DNA from: an uncultured Sutterella sp.
GTDB taxonomy: Bacteria; Pseudomonadota; Gammaproteobacteria; Burkholderiales; Burkholderiaceae_F
DNA: 64,000 nucleotides
Assembly (NCBI RefSeq): GCF_905198475.1
Contig: NZ_CAJKCQ010000001.1
Direction: 5' to 3' (one strand)
Below the pieces are notes generated by a model. That model worked only from the letters and a program-made list of their open reading frames with translations. It was not told where the DNA came from and did not search any database. Below, in pieces: positions 1 through 12,699 of the stretch (its first letter is position 1; each line of letters opens with the position of its first letter). The translations under genes were made by a program, and so were the position numbers.

Positions 1-752
1 AGCGCGTTGATCATCGGCGTGGTGGTGCCCATGATGTTCGCGGCGCCCGCATCGGCGTGGTATTCACGGTAGCGGCTGAAGGCGGCGACCACCATCGAGG
101 CGAGGAACCCGAGGCAGATGTCGAGCACGAGCGAGGTGACGTAGTAGCCGACGCCCGGGGCGTCGTCTTCGTTGCGCAGGATCTGGCGGTCGACCACCCA
201 GCCGATCACGCGCGAGGCGAAGACCACGAAGGTGTTCATCACGCCCTGCAGAAGCGTCATCGTCACCATGTCGCCGTTCTTCACGTGCGAGATTTCGTGG
301 GCGAGGACGGCCTCGACTTCATCCCGGTTCATGAGGTTCAAAAGCCCCGTCGAGACGGCGACCAACGAGCTCGACTTCGAGGGCCCCGTCGCGAAGGCGT
401 TCGGCTCGCCATCGTAGATCGCGACCTCCGGCATCGGGATCCCGGCCTTCTCGGACTCGCTGCGGATCACGCTCACGAGGTAGCTCTCGACCGCGTTGCG
501 GGGATGGTCGACGTCGACCATCGTGAGGCCCATCGACATCTTCGCCATCGTCTTCGACATCAGGAGCGAGATGATCGAGCCCGAGAAGCCCACCACCATC
601 GCAAAGACGAAGAGCGCGCCCAAGTTGAGTGACTTCCCGCTCATCGTGCCGAAGTTGATGCCCGTCACCATGGAGATCACGTTGAGGATCACCGAGAGCA
701 TGATGAAGATGGCGAAGTTTGCAAGTATCAGCAGGCCGATGCGTTTGAACAT
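1..752 (-). CDS. htpX: Protease HtpX (M48 zinc metalloprotease), C-terminal end truncated by the window edge
   Basis: Minus-strand translation reads [19 protein letters not shown]... with the HEISH zinc motif ([11 protein letters not shown]) and four TM segments. The start ATG is at 750-752. The plus-strand ORF 57..632 is an antisense artefact. Confidence 0.85.
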   Translation of the reverse strand, partial: MFKRIGLLILANFAIFIMLSVILNVISMVTGINFGTMSGKSLNLGALFVFAMVVGFSGSIISLLMSKTMAKMSMGLTMVDVDHPRNAVESYLVSVIRSESEKAGIPMPEVAIYDGEPNAFATGPSKSSSLVAVSTGLLNLMNRDEVEAVLAHEISHVKNGDMVTMTLLQGVMNTFVVFASRVIGWVVDRQILRNEDDAPGVGYYVTSLVLDICLGFLASMVVAAFSRYREYHADAGAANIMGTTTPMINA

Positions 753-943
753 GGCTTCCCTATTCCTTTCCCTTTTGAGGCATTGCTTGTGGGTTCGCGG
801 CCGCCGCTTCTTGACGTTCTTGGAGCGCGGCGCCGCACGCACGGAGCGGGGGTCCGGCGGACTTTTTTTCTTCCTCTCGTGCGTCTTGGAGAATTCTACG
901 GTTACCTGGGGGCTGCGCCCCTTCGCGTCAAGCGCCGACTTGT

Positions 944-978
944 AACAAAAAGGGCGGAATCCTCAGGGATATCCGCCC
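944..978 (-). terminator. Rho-independent terminator downstream of lapB
   Basis: Hairpin GGGCGGAATCC..GGATATCCGCCC (952-978) followed on the minus strand by a TTTTTGTT run (944-951), just downstream of the lapB stop. Confidence 0.5.
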
Positions 979-1012
979 GTTCGTCTGGTCTGCCTGCGGC
1001 TTTGCGCCGGCA

Positions 1013-2185
1013 TCAGCCGCCGGTGCGCCGACGGTCCTCGATGCGCCGCGGCGAAAAGCTGTCCCAGGCGCCGCACCCGAGGCAGTGCCAGGAGAAGGAC
1101 GACGCGAGGAAGCCGCACTGGCGGCACTGGTAGCGCGACCAACGCCGCGCGTTCTGCTCGAGAAGACCCGCGAGGAGCTTCGTCATCTCATCGTCCGGGT
1201 TGCTCTTGAGGCGCATCTGCATGAGGCAGTTGAAGGCGGCGACGCTCGGGTGCTCCTCGAGGAGCTTCTTCGCGATCTTCTCGGCCGCGGAATACCCCTG
1301 CCAGGCGGCGATGCGGGTGAGGGTCGCCTCGAGCACGTCGGCCGTGCCGAGCTTCTCGGTGAGTTCGAGGAGGAGCGCGAGGGCGCCCGACTGGTTGCCG
1401 GAGGCCGCCATGGCGTCGGCGAGATGGCCGATCACGAGGGGCGCGTAGTCCGGGGTCTTCTCGACCACCTCCTTCCACCAACGGATCGCCTCGGGGACAG
1501 CCCCTTCGGCCGCGGCGACGCGCGCGATCGTCATGGGCACGCGGGGCGTCGCGTCCTTGTAGCGCAGGAGCGGCTCAACGAGCATGCGGGCATCTTCGAG
1601 CTTCTTCTGCCGGAGCGCCGTGTCGATGCGCTCGCAGTAGAAGTGCGCGATCTCCTCGGCGTGGTTTTCGCCCGCCTGGGTCTCAAGGAGGCGCGCCGTC
1701 TCGGTGGCGGCCGCCCATTCGTGTTCGGTGACGTAGATCTTGAGGAGCTCGCGGAGCGCGTGGAGGTGCTCCGACGGAACGCCCGAGAGCTTCCTGTACG
1801 CCGCCTCCGCGCGGTCGAAGAAGCCCGCGCAGAGGAAGTCCTTGGCGAGCTCCTTGAGCGCGAGCGCCCGCTCCTCATCGGGGAGGTCGGCACGGTTGTA
1901 GAGGTGGCGGTGCAGGCGCACGGCGCGCTCGAATTCGCCGCGGCTCCTCAGCAGGTTGCCGAGCACGCGCTCGAGTTCGGTCAATTCCGGATCGAGGCGC
2001 ACCACCTCGATGAAGGCGTCGATCGCCTTGTCGGGCGAACCGTCAAGGAGGAGCGCCAGGCCGCGCGAGCAGACCTCGGGGACCTTCGCCGTCTCACCGC
2101 GCTGCTTCTGGTCGAACCCCCGGCACCACCAGCCGGCGAAGAACAGGATCGGAACGAAGATCAGATACCAGTAGTCGAATTCCAT
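1013..2185 (-). CDS. lapB: Lipopolysaccharide assembly protein B (TPR repeats plus C-terminal rubredoxin-like zinc finger)
   Basis: N-terminal TM helix, TPR repeats and a C-terminal CRQCG..CLGCG metal-binding motif typical of LapB/YciM. Confidence 0.85.
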   Translation of the reverse strand: MEFDYWYLIFVPILFFAGWWCRGFDQKQRGETAKVPEVCSRGLALLLDGSPDKAIDAFIEVVRLDPELTELERVLGNLLRSRGEFERAVRLHRHLYNRADLPDEERALALKELAKDFLCAGFFDRAEAAYRKLSGVPSEHLHALRELLKIYVTEHEWAAATETARLLETQAGENHAEEIAHFYCERIDTALRQKKLEDARMLVEPLLRYKDATPRVPMTIARVAAAEGAVPEAIRWWKEVVEKTPDYAPLVIGHLADAMAASGNQSGALALLLELTEKLGTADVLEATLTRIAAWQGYSAAEKIAKKLLEEHPSVAAFNCLMQMRLKSNPDDEMTKLLAGLLEQNARRWSRYQCRQCGFLASSFSWHCLGCGAWDSFSPRRIEDRRRTGG

Positions 2186-2324
2186 GGCGGTGCGCAGGTG
2201 TGTTGGTGCCGGTCGGACAGCTCAGACGCCCTTCAGAGGACGCTCCCGGCAAAAGAGCTTGATTTTATCGCCCTGCGGGGCGAAGCGCTTCTCTTTTCGC
2301 TTCAGGCGCGGAGTTCGCCGCAGC

Positions 2325-2368
2325 AGCCGAAAAAGCAAACGGCGCACTTCCCATTGAGGAGGTGCGCC
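2325..2368 (-). terminator. Rho-independent terminator downstream of the porin gene
   Basis: Hairpin GGCGCAC-N14-GTGCGCC (2341-2368). On the minus strand it is followed by GTTTGCTTTTTCGG; on the plus strand by GTTCTTCGTTCTT, so it may act in both directions. Confidence 0.55.
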
Positions 2369-2474
2369 GTTCTTCGTTCTTGCGTCTACGGGGTCCGGAG
2401 ACCCCGGGACGCGCTCATTCAGCTTGAAGCCCGTTCAGCCTGCACGGGCGTCGGGACTTCAGGAGAAGAGGCGA

Positions 2475-3632
2475 TTAGAACGTGTGGGTGAGGCCGAGGT
2501 AGACGTTGCCGACCTTGGCCTTAGCGTCTTCATTGCCAACCTTATTGCTGTCAACCGTGGCTTCCGCATAGCCGCCGCCGACGTAAACCGTCGTGCGCTG
2601 GCTGAGCGGATAGGTGTAGCGGGCGGCGAGGCCGTAGTAGTCGGCATCAACATCCGCAACCTTGGTAGCACCGCTGTAGAGATCCTCGGCCTTGGCATCA
2701 ACGTAGTAGGCGCCGACCGTGAGTTCACCCTCGGCAACCGGAACGATCGTGCCGAGGTGGAGGCCATAGCCCTTCCAATTCTTCTCGGTCTTCAGGCCGT
2801 AATCAGCAGCGGCCGTCTTGAAATCATCAATCCCAAAGACATCCTTCTGGCCGGCAAAGTACTGGGCTTCGGCGAAGAGCTTGGCAACGCCGAAGTCGTA
2901 GTTGCCGCCGACGAAGACGAGCTGGCCATCATCCGGCTCGAAGGTGGACGTGCGGTCGAGCGTGGAGTACTTCGTCAGTTCATAGCCGACAGCGAACTGG
3001 GCGGGGCCGTATTCACCCGACAGGCCGACGGAGGCGTAGCGCTCGGCGGTGGAGCGACCTTCGACACCCTCATCCGACTTGCCGTTCGTCTTGAAGCTGT
3101 ACTGGGCGACGAGCTGCAGGCCGGCGAGGCGCGGCGAGGCGTAGGTCACCATGTTGTCGCAGCGCGAGCTGGAAGCAAAGCCCCAGACAGCGTTGTCGCC
3201 GCCGTCGAAGGCGTCGACGTAGCCGATGAGCTCGTACGTACCGGCAGCCGAAGCGATGCCGCCCATGCGGCCGAAGGCGAGTTCACCGAAGGGACCGTAG
3301 ACCGTCAGAGCCGCTTCGCGGCCGAAGAGGCGGCCACCCTGGCCAAGCGTGCCGTCGTCGGTGCTGACGGCGTTTTCGAGCTTGAAGCCGACCTTGTAGC
3401 CGTTGCCGAGGTCTTCAACGCCCTTCAGGCCGAAGCGGGAGCCGGCGTTGATGCCGGAACCCATTTCGAAGGTGTTCCGACCATCAACCGTCTTGGCGCC
3501 GTCAAAGCCCGTCACGTCGGTGTAGGTGTAGTTGAGCGCCTGGTCGACAACGCCGTAGAGCGTCACATCAGCAGCAGCGGCGGAGCCGGCGAACGCGCCG
3601 AGAACGGCGAGCGCAGCGAGAGTCTTCTTCAT
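2475..3632 (-). CDS. Gram-negative outer-membrane porin (Neisseria/Burkholderia OmpC-like family)
   Basis: Signal peptide MKKTLAALAVLGAFAGSAAAADV, alternating beta-strand pattern, Gly/Tyr-rich, C-terminal aromatic residue (..LGLTHTF). The alternative start at 3647 (MGFLKMKK) is less likely. Confidence 0.8.
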   Translation of the reverse strand: MKKTLAALAVLGAFAGSAAAADVTLYGVVDQALNYTYTDVTGFDGAKTVDGRNTFEMGSGINAGSRFGLKGVEDLGNGYKVGFKLENAVSTDDGTLGQGGRLFGREAALTVYGPFGELAFGRMGGIASAAGTYELIGYVDAFDGGDNAVWGFASSSRCDNMVTYASPRLAGLQLVAQYSFKTNGKSDEGVEGRSTAERYASVGLSGEYGPAQFAVGYELTKYSTLDRTSTFEPDDGQLVFVGGNYDFGVAKLFAEAQYFAGQKDVFGIDDFKTAAADYGLKTEKNWKGYGLHLGTIVPVAEGELTVGAYYVDAKAEDLYSGATKVADVDADYYGLAARYTYPLSQRTTVYVGGGYAEATVDSNKVGNEDAKAKVGNVYLGLTHTF

Positions 3633-3879
3633 TTTCAGAAATCCCATTTTTGTGAAGTCCCGTCCGAAGCGGGCACCTTGTGTGCTGCGGACGAACGGGG
3701 CAAAGCGGCGCCCCTTTCGGCGAACGCCCCATATGCATTCAGCGGTGCACGGCGCGCCTCTTGCACAAGCACGCCGGATCCGTAGAACCGAGGTTCATGA
3801 TATGGATGGAAACGCGCCGCATCAGAGCAAAAAGCGCCTCAATAAGAATTCTTCTTATTTATCAACGAGCTATTTTTTT

Positions 3880-3897
3880 GATCACCTGTTGGTGATC
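3880..3897. promoter_or_regulatory. Perfect inverted repeat GATCACC-N4-GGTGATC in the AT-rich porin upstream region; candidate operator
   Basis: Palindrome read directly from the sequence, about 250 bp upstream of the porin start. An AAGAATTCTT palindrome lies nearby at 3845-3854. The binding factor is unknown. Confidence 0.2.
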
Positions 3898-3949
3898 TGC
3901 AACACAGGCGGCGGAGAAGTTTGGGCATCCTCCGATCTCGTTGAATTTT

Positions 3950-3990
3950 GGAAAAGAAAAAGACCGCAACCCCGTGAGGGAGAAGCGGTC
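3950..3990 (-). terminator. Rho-independent terminator downstream of ihfB
   Basis: Hairpin GACCGCAACCCCGTGAGGGAGAAGCGGTC (3962-3990), followed on the minus strand by TTTTTCTTTTCC. Confidence 0.45.
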
Positions 3991-4046
3991 CTCATCGCTC
4001 TTTGCCGTCGTCCGCCTTTGCAGGCGGGCGACGGGTGAGCTTGCGG

Positions 4047-4355
4047 TCAGACGTCAGAATCCCGGCTCGCGTCCACGCGTTCCCGGAGGCCCTTGCCGGC
4101 CTTGAAGAACACTGTGAAGCGGGCGCGGACAGCAACAGCCGAACCATCCTGAGGATTGCGGCCGACGCGTTCCGGACGGTATTTCAGTCCGAAGGAGCCG
4201 AATCCGCGAATCTCGATGCGGCTGCCTTCCACGAGCGTCCGGCTCATCGTGTCGATGATCACGGCCGCCGCGTCCATGCAGTCGCGCTCACGGAACGTCG
4301 GAAGGCGCCCGTAGAGCTCAGAGAGCAGTTCGGATTTGGTCATGGAATTACCCAT
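4047..4355 (-). CDS. ihfB: Integration host factor beta subunit
   Basis: MTKSELLSEL...IEIRGFGSFGLKYRPERVGRNP matches the IHF-beta/HU family. A GAGGAGG ribosome-binding site sits 5 nt before the ATG at 4355; an alternative internal start is at 4343. Confidence 0.85.
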   Translation of the reverse strand: MGNSMTKSELLSELYGRLPTFRERDCMDAAAVIIDTMSRTLVEGSRIEIRGFGSFGLKYRPERVGRNPQDGSAVAVRARFTVFFKAGKGLRERVDASRDSDV

Positions 4356-4376
4356 GGTTGCCTCCTCTGACTCTGA

Positions 4377-6071
4377 TTACTTCTGCTCGAGCTTGGCCTT
4401 GAGCAGAGCACCGAGGTTCGTCGTGCCGGTGGAGGAACCAGCGTCGGCGTTGACGCGGTCAAGCGCAACGCGGGCCTCGGCAGCGTCCTTCGCCTTGATG
4501 GAGAGCTGGATGCTGCGGTTCTTGCGGTCGAGGCTGATCACGGCCGCTTCGACTTCCTGGCCAACGGAGAGGACGGTGGAGGCGTCTTCAACGCGGTCCG
4601 TGGAGATCTCGGAGGCGCGGAGATAGCCTTCGACGTCGTTGCCGAGGTCGATCACGGCGCCCTTGGCGTCAACCGACTTGACGGTGCCCTTGACGACGGC
4701 GCCCTTCTCATGGGTCGAGGCGAACGTGCCGAACGGATCGCCGCCGAGCTGCTTGATGCCGAGGCTGATGCGCTCGCGGTCGGTGTCGATGGCGAGGACC
4801 ATGGCTTCGACTTCGTCGCCCTTCTTGTACTGACGGACGGCTTCCTCACCGGACTCGTTCCAGGAGAGGTCGGAGAGGTGCACGAGGCCGTCGATGCCGC
4901 CCGGCAGGCCAATGAACACGCCGAAGTCGGTGATCGACTTGATCTGGCCCTGAACGCGGTCGCCCTTCTTGTGGGACTGGGCGAATTCGTTCCAGGGATT
5001 CGGCTTGCACTGCTTCATGCCGAGGCTGATGCGGCGGCGGTCTTCGTCGATGTCGAGAACCATGACTTCGACTTCATCGCCGAGCTGCACGACCTTGCGC
5101 GGATCGACGTTCTTGTTCGTCCAATCCATTTCGGAGACGTGCACGAGGCCTTCGATGCCGGCCTCGACTTCAACGAACGCACCGTAGTCGGTGATGTTCG
5201 TGACCTTGCCGAAGAGGCGGGTGCCCTTCGGGTAGCGACGGGCGATGCCGATCCACGGATCTTCGCCGAGCTGCTTGAGGCCGAGGGAGACGCGGCTCTT
5301 TTCCTTGTCGAACTTGAGGACCTTGGCGGTGATTTCCTGGCCGACCTGAACGACTTCGCTCGGGTGGCGGACGCGGCGCCAGGCGAGGTCGGTGATGTGC
5401 AGCAGGCCGTCGATGCCGCCGAGATCAACGAACGCACCGTAGTCGGTGATGTTCTTGACGATGCCCTTGACGATGGCGCCTTCCTGGAGCGTCTCGAGGA
5501 GCTTCGCGCGTTCTTCGCCCATGTTGGCTTCGACGACGGCGCGGCGCGAGACGACCACGTTGTTGCGCTTGCGGTCAAGCTTGATGACCTTGAACTCGAA
5601 GGTCTTGCCTTCGTACGGCGTCGTGTCCTTGACCGGACGGGTGTCGACGAGCGAGCCCGGGAGGAAGGCGCGGATGCCGTTGGTCATGACGGTGAGGCCG
5701 CCCTTGACCTTGCCCGTGACGGTGCCGGTGACGAGTTCGCCGGATTCGAGCGCCTGCTCGAGGTTCATCCAGGCGGCGAGGCGCTTGGCCTTGTCGCGCG
5801 AAAGGATCGTGTCGCCGTAGCCGTTTTCGACGGACTCGATGGCGACGGAGACGAAGTCGCCCGGCTTGACGGTCACTTCGCCGTGATCATCCTTGAACTC
5901 ATCGATAGGCACGTAGGCTTCGCTCTTCAGGCCGGCGTTCACGACGACGAAGTTGTAGTCGACGCGGACGACTTCAGCGGTGATGACTTCACCCTGACGC
6001 ATTTCCTGGCTGGCGAGGCTCTGCTCAAAGAGCTCGGCGAAGGATTCGGGCTTGTTGGTTTCGTTGGACAT
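4377..6071 (-). CDS. rpsA: 30S ribosomal protein S1
   Basis: [19 protein letters not shown]... followed by six S1 domains; the N-terminus is collinear with E. coli RpsA. Confidence 0.9.
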   Translation of the reverse strand: MSNETNKPESFAELFEQSLASQEMRQGEVITAEVVRVDYNFVVVNAGLKSEAYVPIDEFKDDHGEVTVKPGDFVSVAIESVENGYGDTILSRDKAKRLAAWMNLEQALESGELVTGTVTGKVKGGLTVMTNGIRAFLPGSLVDTRPVKDTTPYEGKTFEFKVIKLDRKRNNVVVSRRAVVEANMGEERAKLLETLQEGAIVKGIVKNITDYGAFVDLGGIDGLLHITDLAWRRVRHPSEVVQVGQEITAKVLKFDKEKSRVSLGLKQLGEDPWIGIARRYPKGTRLFGKVTNITDYGAFVEVEAGIEGLVHVSEMDWTNKNVDPRKVVQLGDEVEVMVLDIDEDRRRISLGMKQCKPNPWNEFAQSHKKGDRVQGQIKSITDFGVFIGLPGGIDGLVHLSDLSWNESGEEAVRQYKKGDEVEAMVLAIDTDRERISLGIKQLGGDPFGTFASTHEKGAVVKGTVKSVDAKGAVIDLGNDVEGYLRASEISTDRVEDASTVLSVGQEVEAAVISLDRKNRSIQLSIKAKDAAEARVALDRVNADAGSSTGTTNLGALLKAKLEQK

Positions 6072-6207
6072 TGTTGGAAACAAAGGATTAAGCACGCCCG
6101 CGGGCTCGGGCCGGATGAAAAAAACGGCCGGAGGCGGGCGGAGTTGAAGAAAATTCGGCGGCCACCCGTTCGGGCCGCCGCCGAAGAAATGTGTATGTTA
6201 CAGCAAC

Positions 6208-6873
6208 TTAGCGCGCAAGTCGCCACCAGTCGAGCACTTTTTTGACGACCTCCTCAATGCCCATGTCGGAGGTGTCGAGTTCGCGGGCGTCCGCGGCGGG
6301 TTTGAGCGGGGCGGCGGTGCGCTCGCGGTCGCGTCGGTCGCGCTCCTCGAGGTCGCGCGTCAGGGCCGCGCGGTCGGCCTTTTCGCCGCGCGACTCAAGC
6401 TGCCGGGCGCGGCGCTCGGCGCGCACCGCGGCCGAGGCGGTCATGAAGACCTTGAGGGGCGCCTCGGGGAAGACCACCGTGCCCATGTCGCGGCCGTCGG
6501 CGACGAGCCCCGGGGCGACGGCGGCGTTGCGCTGCAGGTCAAAGAGCGCCGCACGCACGCCCGGCACCGCGGCCACCTTCGAGGCGGCGACCCCGACCTC
6601 TTCGGTGCGGATCACGCGGCCGACGTCGCGGCCCTCCAGCCACACGCTTCCCTCGCGGAAGACGGGTCTGAGGCTGCGCGCGACGGCTTCGAGCGCGGCC
6701 GGGTCGGCGAAGTCCGCCTTCGCCTCGAGGGCGGCCAGGGCGGCGAGCCGATAGAGCGAGCCGCTGTCGAGGTAGTGAAATCCGAGCGCGGCTGCGACGC
6801 GCTCGGCGATGGTGCCCTTGCCGCTCGCGGCCGGGCCGTCGATGGTGATGACGGGAACGTTCACTTCGTTCAT
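6208..6873 (-). CDS. cmk: Cytidylate kinase
   Basis: MNEVNVPVITIDGPAASGKGT (P-loop). The six-frame ORF runs on upstream only because there is no stop codon in this high-GC stretch. The start ATG at 6871-6873 overlaps the serC stop. Confidence 0.85.
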   Translation of the reverse strand: MNEVNVPVITIDGPAASGKGTIAERVAAALGFHYLDSGSLYRLAALAALEAKADFADPAALEAVARSLRPVFREGSVWLEGRDVGRVIRTEEVGVAASKVAAVPGVRAALFDLQRNAAVAPGLVADGRDMGTVVFPEAPLKVFMTASAAVRAERRARQLESRGEKADRAALTRDLEERDRRDRERTAAPLKPAADARELDTSDMGIEEVVKKVLDWWRLAR

Positions 6874-8027
6874 TTTTCTGCTTCCTTCCGAACGGGTCGG
6901 GACGCCGCCTTCGCGGGGGCGCCCGCGGCGACGGTGGTCTTCGGGGGACGTCGATGGGCGAAGTCCTTCATGAAGGCGACCAGGGCCTCGGCGCCCTCGA
7001 CGGGCATGGAGTTGTACATGGAGGCGCGGATGCCGCCCACGGTGCGGTGACCCGCGAGGTTCGCGAGTCCCGCGGCCGCGGCCTCGCGCACGAAGACCGG
7101 GGTGAGCGATTCGTCGCGCAGGCGGAAGACCACGTTCACGCGGCTCCGCGAGCCCGGCGCGACGTGGCAGACGTAGCTCTCGGACATCTCGTCGATCGCG
7201 TCGTAGACCATCTTGGAGCGCACGCGGGCGAGTTCGTCCATCTTCGCCACACCGCCCTGGGATTCGATCCACTGCGCCATCAGGCCCGCGACGTAGAGCT
7301 GGAAGACCGGGGGCGTGTTGGGAATGCTCTCCGTGCGGCTGTAGACGCCGTAGTTGAGGAGCGTGGGGACCTCCGTGGTGGCGAGCCCGAGGAGGTCGCG
7401 CCTCAGAATCACCACGGCGAGGCCGGCGATGCCGAGGTTCTTCTGCGCCGCGGCCCAGACGAGGCCGAAGCGGGAGACGTCCACCGGACGCGTCATGAAG
7501 TTGCTCGACATGTCGCAGACGAGCGGCACGGCAGGCGTCTCTTCGAGCGTCGGGGGCGCGGGGAACTCCACGCCGTGGATCGTCTCGTTGTCGCAGTACG
7601 CGCAGTAGCTCGTTTCGGGAATCACCTCGAGCTCGGCGTCGTCGGGCGCGCGCGTGCCCGACCCCGAGAAGGCGGTCTGCACGCGGCCGAAGCGCAGCGC
7701 CTCCTTCGCGGCCGCCTTGCTCCAGGCGCCCGTGATGATGTAGGTCGAAAGCGTGCCCGCGCCGAGCAGATTCATCGGCACCATGGCGAACTGCATGCGT
7801 CCGCCCCCCGGGCAGAAGAGCACGTCGTAGTTGTCCGGCACCGAGAGGAGCGAGCGGATGCGCGCGCGCAGGTCCCGCATCAGGGCGGCGACTTCGGGGC
7901 CTCGATGACTTGCCTCGAGGATCGAGCAGCCGCATCCGCCGTAGTCGAGCAGTTCCGTCTGAATCCGGCGCAGCACGCGTTCGGGGAGCATCGCGGGACC
8001 GGGAGCAAAGTTGTAGGGACGCGCCAT
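6870..8027 (-). CDS. serC: Phosphoserine aminotransferase
   Basis: MARPYNFAPGPAMLPERVL... class-V aminotransferase. The stop TGA overlaps the cmk ATG as ATGA. Confidence 0.85.
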   Translation of the reverse strand: MARPYNFAPGPAMLPERVLRRIQTELLDYGGCGCSILEASHRGPEVAALMRDLRARIRSLLSVPDNYDVLFCPGGGRMQFAMVPMNLLGAGTLSTYIITGAWSKAAAKEALRFGRVQTAFSGSGTRAPDDAELEVIPETSYCAYCDNETIHGVEFPAPPTLEETPAVPLVCDMSSNFMTRPVDVSRFGLVWAAAQKNLGIAGLAVVILRRDLLGLATTEVPTLLNYGVYSRTESIPNTPPVFQLYVAGLMAQWIESQGGVAKMDELARVRSKMVYDAIDEMSESYVCHVAPGSRSRVNVVFRLRDESLTPVFVREAAAAGLANLAGHRTVGGIRASMYNSMPVEGAEALVAFMKDFAHRRPPKTTVAAGAPAKAASRPVRKEAEK

Positions 8028-8110
8028 TGCAGGGTTTCTTCCGGGTGGGGAGTGAAGTGAAGACATGCGGAAAGCCCGGCGGTCGGCCGGGCTTTCCTTT
8101 CGCTCAGATT

Positions 8111-10924
<2,814 letters not shown>

Positions 10925-11124
10925 CAGCTTCTTCCCTGAGAAATTCTGCTTGTAGGTCCGCCGGGCGAACCGCCGTCAAAACGGGCGCCGGGACCGGAAA
11001 CGGGGTATTTTATCAGTTTCACCTCCAATTCCCGACCGCCCGGCCGCCCCCGACCGCCCCTCCGCAAAGGGCCAGCGGCGCCGCGCCGACGGGCGGCATT
11101 TCCCTTTCCTTCCACAGCCTCGCA

Positions 11125-12444
11125 ATGCTTGAAGCCGACACCCTCATTGAAGCCCGCTGGGTCATTCCGGTCGCCCCGAAGGGCGCGATTCTCGAGAACA
11201 CCGCCGTCGTCGTGACGCAGGGCCGCATCACGGCGCTCCTGCCGGTCGAGGAGGCGCGCCGCCTCTACGCGGCCCGCGACGTCGTCTCGCTCCCCGAGAG
11301 CGCCGTCCTCCCGGGCTTCGTGAACCTGCACTCACACGCCGCGATGAACCTCGTGCGCGGGCTCGGTGCCGACCTCCCGCTCATGGACTGGCTCACGAAG
11401 AAGATCTGGCCCGCCGAAGGCAAGCTCATGAGCCCCGAGTTCGTGCGCGACGGCTCCTGGCTGGCGGGCCTTGAGATGGCCGCGGGCGGCGTGACGACGA
11501 CGTCGGACCACTACTTCTTCCCGCGCTCGGCCGCCGAAGGCCTGCGCCGCGCGGGCCTGCGCTGCGCGGTCTCGGGCATCGTGATCGGCTTCCCCTCTGC
11601 CTGGGCCGATTCGGACGCGGCGTACCTCGAGAAGTCCGAAGCTCTCATCCGCGACCTCGCCGGGGACGAGTTCGTCCACGCCACGATCGCGCCCCATGCA
11701 CCCTACACGGTCTCGGACGCCTCGCTCAAGCGCTGCGCGGAGATCTCCGACAAGTGGGGCGTGCCGATCCACATGCACGTGAACGAAACGGCGGGCGAAG
11801 TCGCCGACAGCCTGCGCGACCACGGCGAGCGCCCGCTCGAGCGCCTGCGCCGCTGCGGGCTCCTCAACGAGCGCCTCATCGCCGTGCACAGCGTGCACGC
11901 CGACGCGGGCGACATCGCGCTCATGGCGGCGGCGAAGGCCACGGCCTGCCACTGCCCGTGCTCGAACCTCAAGCTCGCGAGCGGCTTCGCCCCCGTCGCA
12001 AAGTTCCTCGAGGCGGGCGTCAACCTCGGCATCGGCACGGACGGTGCGGCAAGCAACGACAAGCTTGACATGTTGGGTGAAACGCGGCTCGCCGCGATGC
12101 TCGCCAAGGCGGTCGCACAGGACCCGACCGCCGCTCCGGTGCACGACATGCTCGAGGCGGCGACCTTGGGCGGCGCGCGCGCACTCCACTGGGACGATGA
12201 AATCGGCTCCATCGAGCCGGGCAAGGCCGCCGACCTCTTTGCGATCAACCTAGCCACGCCCGAATCGCTCCCCGTACAGGACCCGGCCGCGCAGATCCTC
12301 TACTCGGCCGGACGCGAATGCATCACCCACACGTGGGTTGCGGGCCGTCAAATCATGTCGAAGGCGGTCGGCGCGCAGTTCCCCGAACTCAATGCGGCGC
12401 GAGAAGCTGTTGCCGTCGCGCATTCGTGGCAGAATCGAATTTGA
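11125..12444 (+). CDS. mtaD: Amidohydrolase of the TRZ/ATZ family, probably 5-methylthioadenosine/S-adenosylhomocysteine deaminase
   Basis: HSHAAMNLVRG metal-binding His pair, HMHVNET, GTDGAASN motifs. The start at 11125 (MLEADTLIEARWVIP) is taken over the longer upstream ORF. Confidence 0.7.
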   Translation: MLEADTLIEARWVIPVAPKGAILENTAVVVTQGRITALLPVEEARRLYAARDVVSLPESAVLPGFVNLHSHAAMNLVRGLGADLPLMDWLTKKIWPAEGKLMSPEFVRDGSWLAGLEMAAGGVTTTSDHYFFPRSAAEGLRRAGLRCAVSGIVIGFPSAWADSDAAYLEKSEALIRDLAGDEFVHATIAPHAPYTVSDASLKRCAEISDKWGVPIHMHVNETAGEVADSLRDHGERPLERLRRCGLLNERLIAVHSVHADAGDIALMAAAKATACHCPCSNLKLASGFAPVAKFLEAGVNLGIGTDGAASNDKLDMLGETRLAAMLAKAVAQDPTAAPVHDMLEAATLGGARALHWDDEIGSIEPGKAADLFAINLATPESLPVQDPAAQILYSAGRECITHTWVAGRQIMSKAVGAQFPELNAAREAVAVAHSWQNRI

Positions 12445-12510
12445 GACGGAGCGCCCTAGAGCGTCTAATGCGCTGGGGCCTTCCGCCGGTGGGAGCGGGT
12501 TTCCCGCATT

Positions 12511-12540
12511 TTGCGGCCTGACGCCTTGTATTCCTATAAT
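12511..12540 (+). promoter_or_regulatory. Sigma-70-like promoter for the ompA-like gene
   Basis: -35 TTGCGG (12511-12516), 18-nt spacer, -10 TATAAT (12535-12540). It would give a ~160-nt 5' UTR. Confidence 0.4.
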
Positions 12541-12699
12541 GGCGCCGAAGATTATCGTGCACCTTTCTCACCCCGGGAACGCCAGACCGGCGACCGGTGG
12601 TCTGAAGGGCGCTGCCCCCTTGCGGGATGACCTTTCGGTGCCGTCTTTTGTTAAGGACAGGCATTCATCCTCGTCCTGTTTCTTAAAAAGGATCCTTAA

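Noticed and set aside
57-632. Plus-strand ORFs 57..632 and 172..417 at the window start
   Set aside because: They overlap htpX (minus strand), which has the HEISH zinc-protease motif, and have no homology of their own.
851-870. Small hairpin plus T7 tract (GTCCGGCGGAC-TTTTTTT) on the plus strand between htpX and lapB
   Set aside because: There is no plus-strand gene upstream to terminate, and the stem is only 5 bp. More likely part of the divergent htpX promoter or UP-element region than a terminator.
1085-2491. 468-aa plus-strand ORF antisense to lapB
   Set aside because: lapB on the minus strand is well supported (TPR plus rubredoxin-like C-terminus). The antisense frame is an artefact.
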